Virus record (IMG/VR): IMGVR_UViG_3300042271_000115
Coordinates: 4,173 to 68,172 of that record
DNA from: a virus
Lineage: Duplodnaviria > Caudoviricetes
Direction: 5' to 3' (one strand)
DNA length: 64,000 nucleotides
The translations under genes and the position numbers were made by a program. The notes below the pieces were generated by a model, which ran no database searches, had not been told where the DNA came from, and saw only the letters and a list, made by a program, of their open reading frames with translations. Of this stretch, positions 56,697 to 64,000 are shown one piece after another; the stretch's first letter is position 1; every line of letters starts with the position of its first letter.

Positions 56697-57814
56697 TATT
56701 TTAACTCGCTTGGCAATGATTTGTAGAAATTACAGAATTTGTTAACTGGGCAATACGATTCGCACCTTGTTGGCTTGGCAGACCTTTTAATTATGCTAAA
56801 CAAACTCAATGCCTTCTGGTGCGAAGCATAAGGGTCTTTACCTTTTTGTATTTCTTTCTCAGCTATTTTTTGTGCTTCAGCATCCATCCAAGATTTTGCC
56901 GCCGCATATGAATACTCGATTTTGCTGGCTCTCTTGTTGCCTTGCTTCATAACAGCATAAGTATCATGCCCTTGCCATCGCTCACTTGGGGTGCATATTG
57001 GGATGTTATCATCAAAAGTATTTGCATATTTCTCAATATCGGCTACCTTATTTTCAACTAACTGTTCCACAACATCTAAGCCAAGCAGTGGTATCTCCAA
57101 AACTTCAACTGGATTTGGATAGTTTCTTTCACGGCTTGCCTCCGTTTTTGAGTAGTCACGGAAAATAAGGTTGATTCTCAGCTTGTTTACCTCATAGCCA
57201 GCAGCCTCCATAAACAACCTGTAAATGTTTAACTGCTCCGTGTATTTCTCAATGTGTGAGCCTTCACGATTGCGATAAATCCATGTCCAGATTGATGTTA
57301 GCTTATAGTCTGTAATACACTTATCTTTAACAGAGTAGTGGTCAATGCCGCCAGTAATCAACTTACCTGATTTTGTTCTGTATTGGAATCGCTTTTCTAT
57401 GATGTCTTTGTCATTCTTAATTGCTTTCGCAAGCTCAATAATACTTGTTCCTTCAACTTTTTTTAATACAATATTTTCCAGCAGGTCGCTAATTTCATCA
57501 TCGGTTGGATTATTTATTGATTCGACTTGCTCGGTAAACTCACGCATTCTGGACATTATTTTCTGTTGCGCAGAGTCAAGATTTGCTCTCTCAAGAACAA
57601 GATGAGCCGCACTTCCAAGTAACATATATAATGATTCGGTAACATCCGTAGTTATTTCATCTTGATGACGCTTTGTTAAGTGGAATAACTTTATTGGTTT
57701 CAATAATTCAGTTACCGAATAATCCCTTTTCTCGCCAAATCCAGAGTACCATTCTCCATATTTTACTGCTTTTACAATCATTTCTGGAATTGATTTTTTG
57801 TTTGTTATATTCAT
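56696..57814 (-). CDS. PD-(D/E)XK exonuclease, Cas4/AddB-like
   Basis: YSVTELL, GSAAH, GGIDH...ITDYK, QLNIY, C-terminal C...CESYCPVNKFC cluster. Confidence 0.75.
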   Translation of the reverse strand: MNITNKKSIPEMIVKAVKYGEWYSGFGEKRDYSVTELLKPIKLFHLTKRHQDEITTDVTESLYMLLGSAAHLVLERANLDSAQQKIMSRMREFTEQVESINNPTDDEISDLLENIVLKKVEGTSIIELAKAIKNDKDIIEKRFQYRTKSGKLITGGIDHYSVKDKCITDYKLTSIWTWIYRNREGSHIEKYTEQLNIYRLFMEAAGYEVNKLRINLIFRDYSKTEASRERNYPNPVEVLEIPLLGLDVVEQLVENKVADIEKYANTFDDNIPICTPSERWQGHDTYAVMKQGNKRASKIEYSYAAAKSWMDAEAQKIAEKEIQKGKDPYASHQKALSLFSIIKRSAKPTRCESYCPVNKFCNFYKSLPSELK

Positions 57815-57822
57815 TTTTACCT

Positions 57823-58419
57823 CTAAAGAAACGTTATTTGTTTACCATTTTTTTTATTTATTCGTTGATGTTCTTTTTTGTGACATTCTTCACATAGTGT
57901 TACTCCATTTGTTATGTCTCCAGATAGAGATGCGTCTCTACTTAATGGGATGATATGGTGTGCATTTAGCTTTCCACCTCGTTTTCCACATTTTTGGCAA
58001 GTATAATTATCCCTTTCCATTACATCTTTTCTGAAGTTTAATGCGTCTATTGAATTTCTAAGTAATCTTGTTTTAGATGTTTTTCCTCCCATCCAACTGC
58101 TTGATAGACTACCAGAATGGTATTTCCCAGAACAAGATTTACTGCAAAAATTTCCACTTCCTCCTTTTTTTCTAAGTTCAGATGGTGCAACACTGAATTC
58201 TTTTTTACAGAATTTACATATTCTTTTTATTTTCCCACCATTCCATAGATAATGATTTTCGCCTCTAATGTTTTTATATCCACCAAGACCTTTCTTTCTT
58301 GCGACATCGTTACACTGCCTTGAACAATATTTTCCTCTACCAATGTTTATATAGCATTTATACTGCATAAAAGACTTTCCGCAAACAATACATTTACATT
58401 CTATCTTAGACACTTTCAA
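57823..58419 (-). CDS. HNH endonuclease with two N-terminal zinc-ribbon repeats (free-standing homing endonuclease)
   Basis: CIVCGKSF...GKYCSRQC, CKFCKKEF...FCSKSC, ERDNYTCQKCG...AHHIIP...NGVTLCEECHKKEH; visibly more AT-rich than its flanks. Confidence 0.9.
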   Translation of the reverse strand: MKVSKIECKCIVCGKSFMQYKCYINIGRGKYCSRQCNDVARKKGLGGYKNIRGENHYLWNGGKIKRICKFCKKEFSVAPSELRKKGGSGNFCSKSCSGKYHSGSLSSSWMGGKTSKTRLLRNSIDALNFRKDVMERDNYTCQKCGKRGGKLNAHHIIPLSRDASLSGDITNGVTLCEECHKKEHQRINKKNGKQITFL

Positions 58420-58477
58420 TACTCCAAATATTTATTCTTTTTGTGCTGCTCGAACAATGGCTTCATTTAGGTGTTTG

Positions 58478-58876
58478 TCATTTCTCATCTTTTTCTCCTT
58501 CTTTCATTGCCTCGGCAAAGACCCTCTCAAACAATGATTCCTCCATGTAAAAAAATCTGGATGTATTATCTTTTTCGGGCATAGTGAATATGTGATTAAA
58601 AGATTCTTCCGTAATCACAATGTATCGACCGGTGCGATATGGATTTGAAATACCTTCCTGTCCGTCTTGCACCTCAACTATCATAATTCCAACTTCCATG
58701 TTATGCTTACATGTGTCACATGGTTCATCTGAAAATACCGCACCCTTTGCGCCAATGTCATCTACACTTTTCCCGCCAAGAGCAACACCCATCGGCTCGC
58801 CACAATATCTGCAAAGAGACATTGCTACTCCGAGCTTGGGCTTACCATCGCTGTCTTTGAATAACTTGATACTCAT
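58478..58876 (-). CDS. Cys-containing hypothetical protein
   Basis: CRYC...CDTC. Confidence 0.55.
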   Translation of the reverse strand: MSIKLFKDSDGKPKLGVAMSLCRYCGEPMGVALGGKSVDDIGAKGAVFSDEPCDTCKHNMEVGIMIVEVQDGQEGISNPYRTGRYIVITEESFNHIFTMPEKDNTSRFFYMEESLFERVFAEAMKEGEKDEK

Positions 58877-58877
58877 A

Positions 58878-59480
58878 TCATACTCCTTGCGAATTGAAAT
58901 CTATAAATCTTCGTGAGCCTATCATGTCGGCTGTGTGAACTATTATTTGGTATAGACTAAACCCGCCAGTCCACTCTTTCGTGAAAGAACCATTGTGCGC
59001 CTGAATGCAGTCAAGAATTATTTGATACCAGAGGGGCTCTTCATCAAGAAAAAACCCTGATTCTTTCATGATTCTGTCAATTTCCTTAACTGCCAGAAGC
59101 CCATGATTTTTAACAGTCCATTTAGACTTGCCATCATACTTCCAGCCATCGTGAAGCAAGCACGCAGATAATACGATGTCACGATTAACTTTATACATTT
59201 TTGTATCCAGCATTGTTTTAGCAATCCAAAACATGAGCTTGGTATGCTCTACCAGCCCGCCAGCACCTGCCGATGTTTTAGAATGATACTTCCCCGTTGA
59301 TGAGGCAGGCTTATACCAAAACTCTTGTGGAAAATTATTGATAACCTTTTCCGTAAATGACAGTATCTCCATGTCCTTGATTAAGGATAATTCCTTTGCA
59401 AATATATTCATTTTTTCTCCTATAACTGTATTTCTCTTTGTCCATAAGCGATTAACCTTGATTGCCATCTTCCCTTGCAA
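58878..59480 (-). CDS. HD-domain phosphohydrolase (YhaM-like HD)
   Basis: PASSTGKYH...GGLVEHT, LLHDGWK, NHG, AHNG, HTADM. Confidence 0.85.
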   Translation of the reverse strand: MQGKMAIKVNRLWTKRNTVIGEKMNIFAKELSLIKDMEILSFTEKVINNFPQEFWYKPASSTGKYHSKTSAGAGGLVEHTKLMFWIAKTMLDTKMYKVNRDIVLSACLLHDGWKYDGKSKWTVKNHGLLAVKEIDRIMKESGFFLDEEPLWYQIILDCIQAHNGSFTKEWTGGFSLYQIIVHTADMIGSRRFIDFNSQGV

Positions 59481-59845
59481 TTATCCGCAAACTCGCTTGC
59501 TGGCGTGCCTATGTAAACCGGGAATGATAGATTATTGTGTGAATATTTATCCCAACACTGCACCGGGATAGCCAATTGTCGCTCTTTACCAAATGATACA
59601 AACATGTTGAGCTTTGAGCGGAGGGATTGAATTGTGGAAAGTGATACCACATATCTTTCTTTTTTATCTGTATCAATAACAAACTTTTCTGCGCCACAAT
59701 TTATGACGTCAATATTGATGCACCATGACTCCAATACTCGATAAAAATGCCTTTCATGATTTCGCCTCATAAAAAGCGTTTTCTCTTTAAGTTTGCCAAT
59801 TGTTTTGCCGTTAATCATAACGGATTTATTCTCTGTAGTTGTCAC
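59420..59845 (-). CDS. Hypothetical protein (probable GTG start at 59845)
   Basis: AAAGGAG RBS before an in-frame GTG. Confidence 0.5.
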   Translation of the reverse strand: MTTTENKSVMINGKTIGKLKEKTLFMRRNHERHFYRVLESWCINIDVINCGAEKFVIDTDKKERYVVSLSTIQSLRSKLNMFVSFGKERQLAIPVQCWDKYSHNNLSFPVYIGTPASEFADNCKGRWQSRLIAYGQREIQL

Positions 59846-59859
59846 GGGGTCTCCTTTCG

Positions 59860-59912
59860 CTCGGTGAGGCGGGGCAGGGAGAGGCAAGTAAAGATACCTG
59901 CCCCGCACCGAG
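59860..59912. terminator. GC-rich bulged hairpin downstream of the SSB-like gene
   Basis: ctcggt..gcggggcagg pairs with cctgccccgc-accgag. Confidence 0.4.
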
Positions 59913-59924
59913 TCATGAATTAGA

Positions 59925-60785
59925 TTAGATTAGGTCTGAGTCTTGAGCTTGTTCTGAATTAGTCTCAACGCTTGCCTCAAATAGGTTATGGTCGAAACTC
60001 ATGCCAACTTTTTTCAGGTTTTTCTTAAGCAGTCTGATACGCAAATCATCCCATGCCTTGCCTGAAAGCTGAACAGCCTTATGGTCTTTGCTCATGATTT
60101 TATCAAGAGCTTCTTGCACAGCCTTAGGTTCCTCTAAGTTATCATCAAGCATTTCCGCAAATGATTTCTCTGTTTCGGGTTGATAGAACAAGACAAAGTC
60201 AAACACGGGCTGTGTTTCTTTCTCGTAATTTGGCATCCAGATTGTGGTGGCTTGGGCTTTGGCATTCTCGTAGCCAACGGGGTCAGATTGTTTGCTCGGA
60301 ATTGGATAGCCGGTATAGCCATTGATGCCATAACTGTCTGGATATTTCTGGTAGAAGTTAAGGACTACTCCAACCTGCTTTCCAATCAAGTCAACATAGC
60401 TCGGCACTTCAACCTCGCGCTCCACGAATTGTCCGTCAACAAATTCACCATCTTTAATTCTTGTGGTTCCGATGGTGTCTCTTGCCCCAGTTATGCCAAA
60501 CAGTGTTCTGAGCTTGCTGGCATAAAAGCCCTCGTCACCGTTTGCGGCGCGGATATGTTTTGCGTCCTGGCGATATACCTTACCGTTTGGCATCTGGAAT
60601 GCGAGAGTAATAAACACAGAGCCATTCTTAGATTGGGATAAGGACGCCTGAGTAACCGTTACCACATATTTACCAGAAACACCACCAGATGGTGCATCTG
60701 CTTTGGCGGCTGAATCGATGTTTTCCTGTGAAGTCATGTCCATGCTCGGAAGGTTGCGGAAGTCGTTGATGTTGTTATTAGTCAT
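59925..60785 (-). CDS. Putative phage ssDNA-binding protein (DUF669-like)
   Basis: SGKYVVTVTQA...SKNGSVFITLAF...; LIGKQVGVVL; acidic tail (QDSDLI); downstream of the AAA_24 gene. Confidence 0.55.
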   Translation of the reverse strand: MTNNNINDFRNLPSMDMTSQENIDSAAKADAPSGGVSGKYVVTVTQASLSQSKNGSVFITLAFQMPNGKVYRQDAKHIRAANGDEGFYASKLRTLFGITGARDTIGTTRIKDGEFVDGQFVEREVEVPSYVDLIGKQVGVVLNFYQKYPDSYGINGYTGYPIPSKQSDPVGYENAKAQATTIWMPNYEKETQPVFDFVLFYQPETEKSFAEMLDDNLEEPKAVQEALDKIMSKDHKAVQLSGKAWDDLRIRLLKKNLKKVGMSFDHNLFEASVETNSEQAQDSDLI

Positions 60786-60806
60786 TTTGTTCTCCTTTTT
60801 TTATTG

Positions 60807-61118
60807 TTATCTTAGTATGGTTTTTTGGGTTTTGGTCGTTGTATTGACGCCATCAACACGATAAGAAATCATGTATGGCACATCAAACTTTGACTCGGCG
60901 GAACGAATCCACTCTCGACATTCTTTCTCTGAGGACATCATATCTGCCTCAATCTCGTTTGTGGTGGTGTTTGTTACATAATACACTCGTGTGTGCCAGT
61001 TCTTGGTCTTGACTTTCTCAAGGTCTGGCATGACTACATTTTGGTTTTGGGTCTTGGGATTGACTTGCCCAAGGTCTGGTTGGTCTTGTGCCATTGGATT
61101 GACTTTTTCTTCGTACAT
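60807..61118 (-). CDS. Hypothetical protein
   Basis: GAGG RBS; ORF in the operon. Confidence 0.5.
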   Translation of the reverse strand: MYEEKVNPMAQDQPDLGQVNPKTQNQNVVMPDLEKVKTKNWHTRVYYVTNTTTNEIEADMMSSEKECREWIRSAESKFDVPYMISYRVDGVNTTTKTQKTILR

Positions 61119-61120
61119 TT

Positions 61121-61819
61121 CTACTCCTCGAATAGATATTTAATACTTGTTGATTTTCCGCTCCCGCTCTTGCCACAGACCAGAATTGGTGAGGGCATAA
61201 AGTCGGGGTTATTTGCCATGTCATAGTAATCATAGATAGCGCCAAGCACCAGAGACATGTCATTCTGTATATACCTCTCTGCAAACATACCATCAGGCGA
61301 TTTGGCTGTATTTCTGCCATCGGTATTGGTGCAGAATTGATAAGCCTCTGCGCCCTGCTTGAGCGGGTTGAAGTGAGTATGCAGAACAGTGGTAAAGAAA
61401 GACTCTATCTTCCCTTCCAGCTTCTTGCCGTCAACCTTAACTACTATGCGGTCAATAGAATCACTGTCACGGACAATCTCATCAAGAGCCGTGAATATAA
61501 TGAATCTGCCTTTGGACTGCCAAGTCATGAGCAACTGCTCAAGAATATCAGAATACTCACGCCAATAATCATATCCTGTGACCTTGTTTTGTTTCAGGAA
61601 CTCAGATAACAGGTATAGTATTCTGGTGAATGAATCAACTACTACAACTTTGATTGGATTGTAATAGTCTGCTTTGTCTTGCTCATTGGCTTTGAAATTA
61701 ATCAAACCTGAGCCCGCTTTCATTACTGCCTCAAATTGCTTCCATGAGGCTATTGTCTTGACCTTACACCTTGCCGCCTGTCGAAACGGCAAAGTTTTGC
61801 GCTCAGTATCAATAAACAA
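61121..61819 (-). CDS. AAA_24/Sak4-like P-loop ATPase, circularly permuted
   Basis: Starts at FIDTERKTLPF; has VVVDSF (Walker B) and TAKSPDGMF...ND; Walker A ILVCGKSGSGKSTSIKYL is at the extreme C-terminus. Confidence 0.8.
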   Translation of the reverse strand: MFIDTERKTLPFRQAARCKVKTIASWKQFEAVMKAGSGLINFKANEQDKADYYNPIKVVVVDSFTRILYLLSEFLKQNKVTGYDYWREYSDILEQLLMTWQSKGRFIIFTALDEIVRDSDSIDRIVVKVDGKKLEGKIESFFTTVLHTHFNPLKQGAEAYQFCTNTDGRNTAKSPDGMFAERYIQNDMSLVLGAIYDYYDMANNPDFMPSPILVCGKSGSGKSTSIKYLFEE

Positions 61820-61839
61820 TATCTCATCAAGGGGCGCAG

Positions 61840-62601
61840 TTATCCTTTTACTTTCGGGATGGTATTTCGTAAAGCCTCCTTTTTGTTTTTAATTATAGCC
61901 TGCTTGAGAGCATACATTATATCGCCAAAGCCGGTTGATACTCCCTTCTCATAATACAGGAAGGACTCATCGCCATGCTGTATTGTTATAGTTTCGATAT
62001 CGTTAAAGCCTCGTGCCACAATCGTTAATGTGTCGCCAATTTTAGCATTGACCGCATCAAATAAATCGTTCTCCATTGCCACAGTGATTTCATTAACCGA
62101 AATCCATTCAAAGGTTAAATTTTGATAGAATTCCAGTGTGGCAAATTTTAGACCGCTGTGATTGATGGCGTTTCTGTAATCCTCTGCGCACAAATGCCTG
62201 AAAAATCTGAAGGCACTATGCTCCCAGTTTTGTAACATCAAATCCTTTTTTGTGTCTATCCCAATTGATTTTAAGATTGACATGAAAGGTTTGCTGTCTT
62301 TTTCTGAGAGTAATAGCTTGACCATTTCAAGCATGACGCAGGACTCTTTGTTTGCGAATAGGTTTGTGGTGGTTTGCTCAATTAACCAATCCCATTCATC
62401 ATCGGTTAACCCACTCGGTCGCCTGATACATGATTCAGGCATATTGTGTTTTAGGCTCATGTTCTGCACATTATTCACTCCTTTACCCTTGATAGACCTG
62501 TGCCGTTTTGTCTTGTCAGGGATTTTATTTTTGTTTTTTTTGGCAAATATTCTCATTTTCAGTATCCTTTTTTTATAGTTTCTATTGTCATGTTGCCGCA
62601 T
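61840..62601 (-). CDS. Hypothetical protein (likely start near 62469)
   Basis: AAGGAG RBS before an in-frame GTG at 62469. Confidence 0.55.
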   Translation of the reverse strand: MRQHDNRNYKKRILKMRIFAKKNKNKIPDKTKRHRSIKGKGVNNVQNMSLKHNMPESCIRRPSGLTDDEWDWLIEQTTTNLFANKESCVMLEMVKLLLSEKDSKPFMSILKSIGIDTKKDLMLQNWEHSAFRFFRHLCAEDYRNAINHSGLKFATLEFYQNLTFEWISVNEITVAMENDLFDAVNAKIGDTLTIVARGFNDIETITIQHGDESFLYYEKGVSTGFGDIMYALKQAIIKNKKEALRNTIPKVKG

Positions 62602-62614
62602 ATATGCATCTTTG

Positions 62615-63031
62615 TCAAGAACAATCTTCTGCCTCTCTTAGCTCCCTTAACTCCTTTATTTGCAGGGAAATAAATCCATTGTTAATGTTCTCACAAACTT
62701 CTGCCAACACTCGCTGGTGCATATCGTTTGCAAGATTGTCAACATTTGCCATATTTTCTTTTGTTATCAACAGTCCAGCCTGATAAGGCAATTCAAACGA
62801 AGTATCGGAGTCAATGTATTCGCCGTTTTGAGTGGCAACAAATGTCATTGTCTCATAGTGCCTGTGTGCGCCTATTTCCATAAGCTCACCTCGCAGATAC
62901 ATACAGCCAACTGTGGATACAATTACAGAGATACCTTGCTCCTTATCTACGAGCAAAGTGTTTCTACGAAAACGACACTGGCTCGAGGCGCAAAAATGCC
63001 CTGCCCAACCACGCTCAATAATCTCAATCAT
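62615..63031 (-). CDS. Phage hypothetical protein
   Basis: ERGWAGHFC...CRFRRNTLL...HYETM(T)F motif set. Confidence 0.6.
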   Translation of the reverse strand: MIEIIERGWAGHFCASSQCRFRRNTLLVDKEQGISVIVSTVGCMYLRGELMEIGAHRHYETMTFVATQNGEYIDSDTSFELPYQAGLLITKENMANVDNLANDMHQRVLAEVCENINNGFISLQIKELRELREAEDCS

Positions 63032-63049
63032 TTCTTCCCCTTCATATCT

Positions 63050-63436
63050 TCAGTGCCTTATATCATTGAGAAGGTTTGCACAGAATTGAACGATTGGGCG
63101 ACCATTCTTATCCTCAAGCATAGAGTCAAGAATGTGCATAATCGGTTCTGCATCTTTCTCATAAATGTTTAGAATACTCTTTGTGAGGCGCAACATGTCC
63201 TTTTCATCATAATACTTGACCGTTCTTCCCACGCAGCTATTCCAATTCCTCATAAAATCAATCAAGGATTCTTTGCTGAAAGCCATAACAGATTCATCTC
63301 TCTTTGTGTCCAGCATTCCATTTAGCAGCCCAAGAATAACTCCTGGATTATCCCATCGCATGGATGTAACCTTTTTAACGAGGTCAAGTATTTTTATAAG
63401 CTCATCCATTCTCATTGTTAATTCTTGTTCAGTCAT
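63050..63436 (-). CDS. Hypothetical protein with an internal repeat
   Basis: ILGLLNGMLDTKRDESVMAF and IMHILDSMLEDKNGRPIVQF. Confidence 0.55.
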   Translation of the reverse strand: MTEQELTMRMDELIKILDLVKKVTSMRWDNPGVILGLLNGMLDTKRDESVMAFSKESLIDFMRNWNSCVGRTVKYYDEKDMLRLTKSILNIYEKDAEPIMHILDSMLEDKNGRPIVQFCANLLNDIRH

Positions 63437-63448
63437 TTTTCATCCTTT

Positions 63449-63931
63449 TTAACTCATTGACATAGGCTCATTATAGAATGAGATACCAATTATCATTGAT
63501 GCGACTCTAAGCCATTTGTTTATTGACATTACAGTCTCTTCATTGGTATTCTTTTTGACAAAGTAGATTATTCCGTTTGACATAAAGGCGTATCTGTATG
63601 TAATATTAGGCCAAGTTATCTTCTTACCGATAGACATTTGGTATAGCCACCATAGAGAAGATTCTGCCGGGACATGCTTGCCAACCATTTCCAGTCTGTG
63701 GATATTGTCACCTTTATTGGAGTCACGATACATGGCAACTCTACCATCGATGATATTATCAACAATGCGCTCCTCGTTAATCTCCTGCTCGCTAACTAAA
63801 TCTGCGTTTAGTAATCCCATGCGGGACATCCCTTGATAGTATCTTACCAGCAGTGGAGTTTTGGTATTGATATCTATGTAAGTTGGTTCGATATAATAGA
63901 ACACTTCTCCGTTAATTTCCTTAAAGTTCAT
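63449..63931 (-). CDS. Shorter paralog of 7321-8040 (lacks the C-terminal KOW domain)
   Basis: Direct alignment of the translations. Confidence 0.75.
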   Translation of the reverse strand: MNFKEINGEVFYYIEPTYIDINTKTPLLVRYYQGMSRMGLLNADLVSEQEINEERIVDNIIDGRVAMYRDSNKGDNIHRLEMVGKHVPAESSLWWLYQMSIGKKITWPNITYRYAFMSNGIIYFVKKNTNEETVMSINKWLRVASMIIGISFYNEPMSMS

Positions 63932-64000
63932 TTGGTTCTCCTTGACAATCCACCATCTTTTCTATTGATTCAAATGGAACTTCAGCATAACAGTTCTCAC
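63474..64000 (+). repeat. Long imperfect direct repeat, copy 2 (copy 1 at 7583-8109); runs off the window
   Basis: 63874-64000 is identical to 7983-8109 and includes the 3' end of a second copy of the CPHC zinc-ribbon gene. Confidence 0.95.

Noticed and set aside
1-64000. Alternative genetic code (TAG or TGA reassignment, as in some crAss-like phages)
   Set aside because: Long genes (TerL, portal, MCP, the 2942-aa ORF) are uninterrupted in code 11, and TAG and TGA both serve as normal stops with tight gene packing.
1-64000. Prophage status or lysogeny module
   Set aside because: No integrase, repressor-like HTH pair or host genes are recognisable within the window, so lifestyle cannot be determined.

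Overview
This window is entirely bacteriophage DNA, most likely a podovirus-like tailed phage organised like the crAss-like phages. It has three blocks. (1) Bases 1-10.4 kb, minus strand: early genes and replication/recombination module A (AAA_24/Sak4-like ATPase, fused AEP primase-SF4 helicase, RuvC-like resolvase, Gp157, MoxR-like AAA+). (2) A ~780 bp divergent control region (G-runs, AT-rich repeats, two perfect hairpins), then a plus-strand morphogenesis block at 11.2-49.5 kb: GroES-like protein, TerS, TerL, lysis cassette, portal, scaffold, 680-aa capsid protein, tail genes, ejection proteins and a 2942-aa protein carrying a two-barrel RNA polymerase active site (R-S-P...GGDFDGD). (3) Bases 49.5-64 kb, minus strand: a second, non-homologous replication module B (DnaB, Cas4-like nuclease, HNH, HD protein, SSB-like protein, circularly permuted AAA_24 ATPase). 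Its right end repeats 7.6-8.1 kb at an offset of 55,891 bp. Best leads: a virion RNA polymerase together with oppositely oriented C(GTA)G triloop hairpins at the strand switch; a P-loop ATPase with its Walker A moved to the C-terminus; and two alternative replication modules hanging off the same early gene. I found no tRNA, rRNA, CRISPR array, integrase, reverse transcriptase or DNA polymerase. All functional calls come from motifs recognised by eye; no searches were run.
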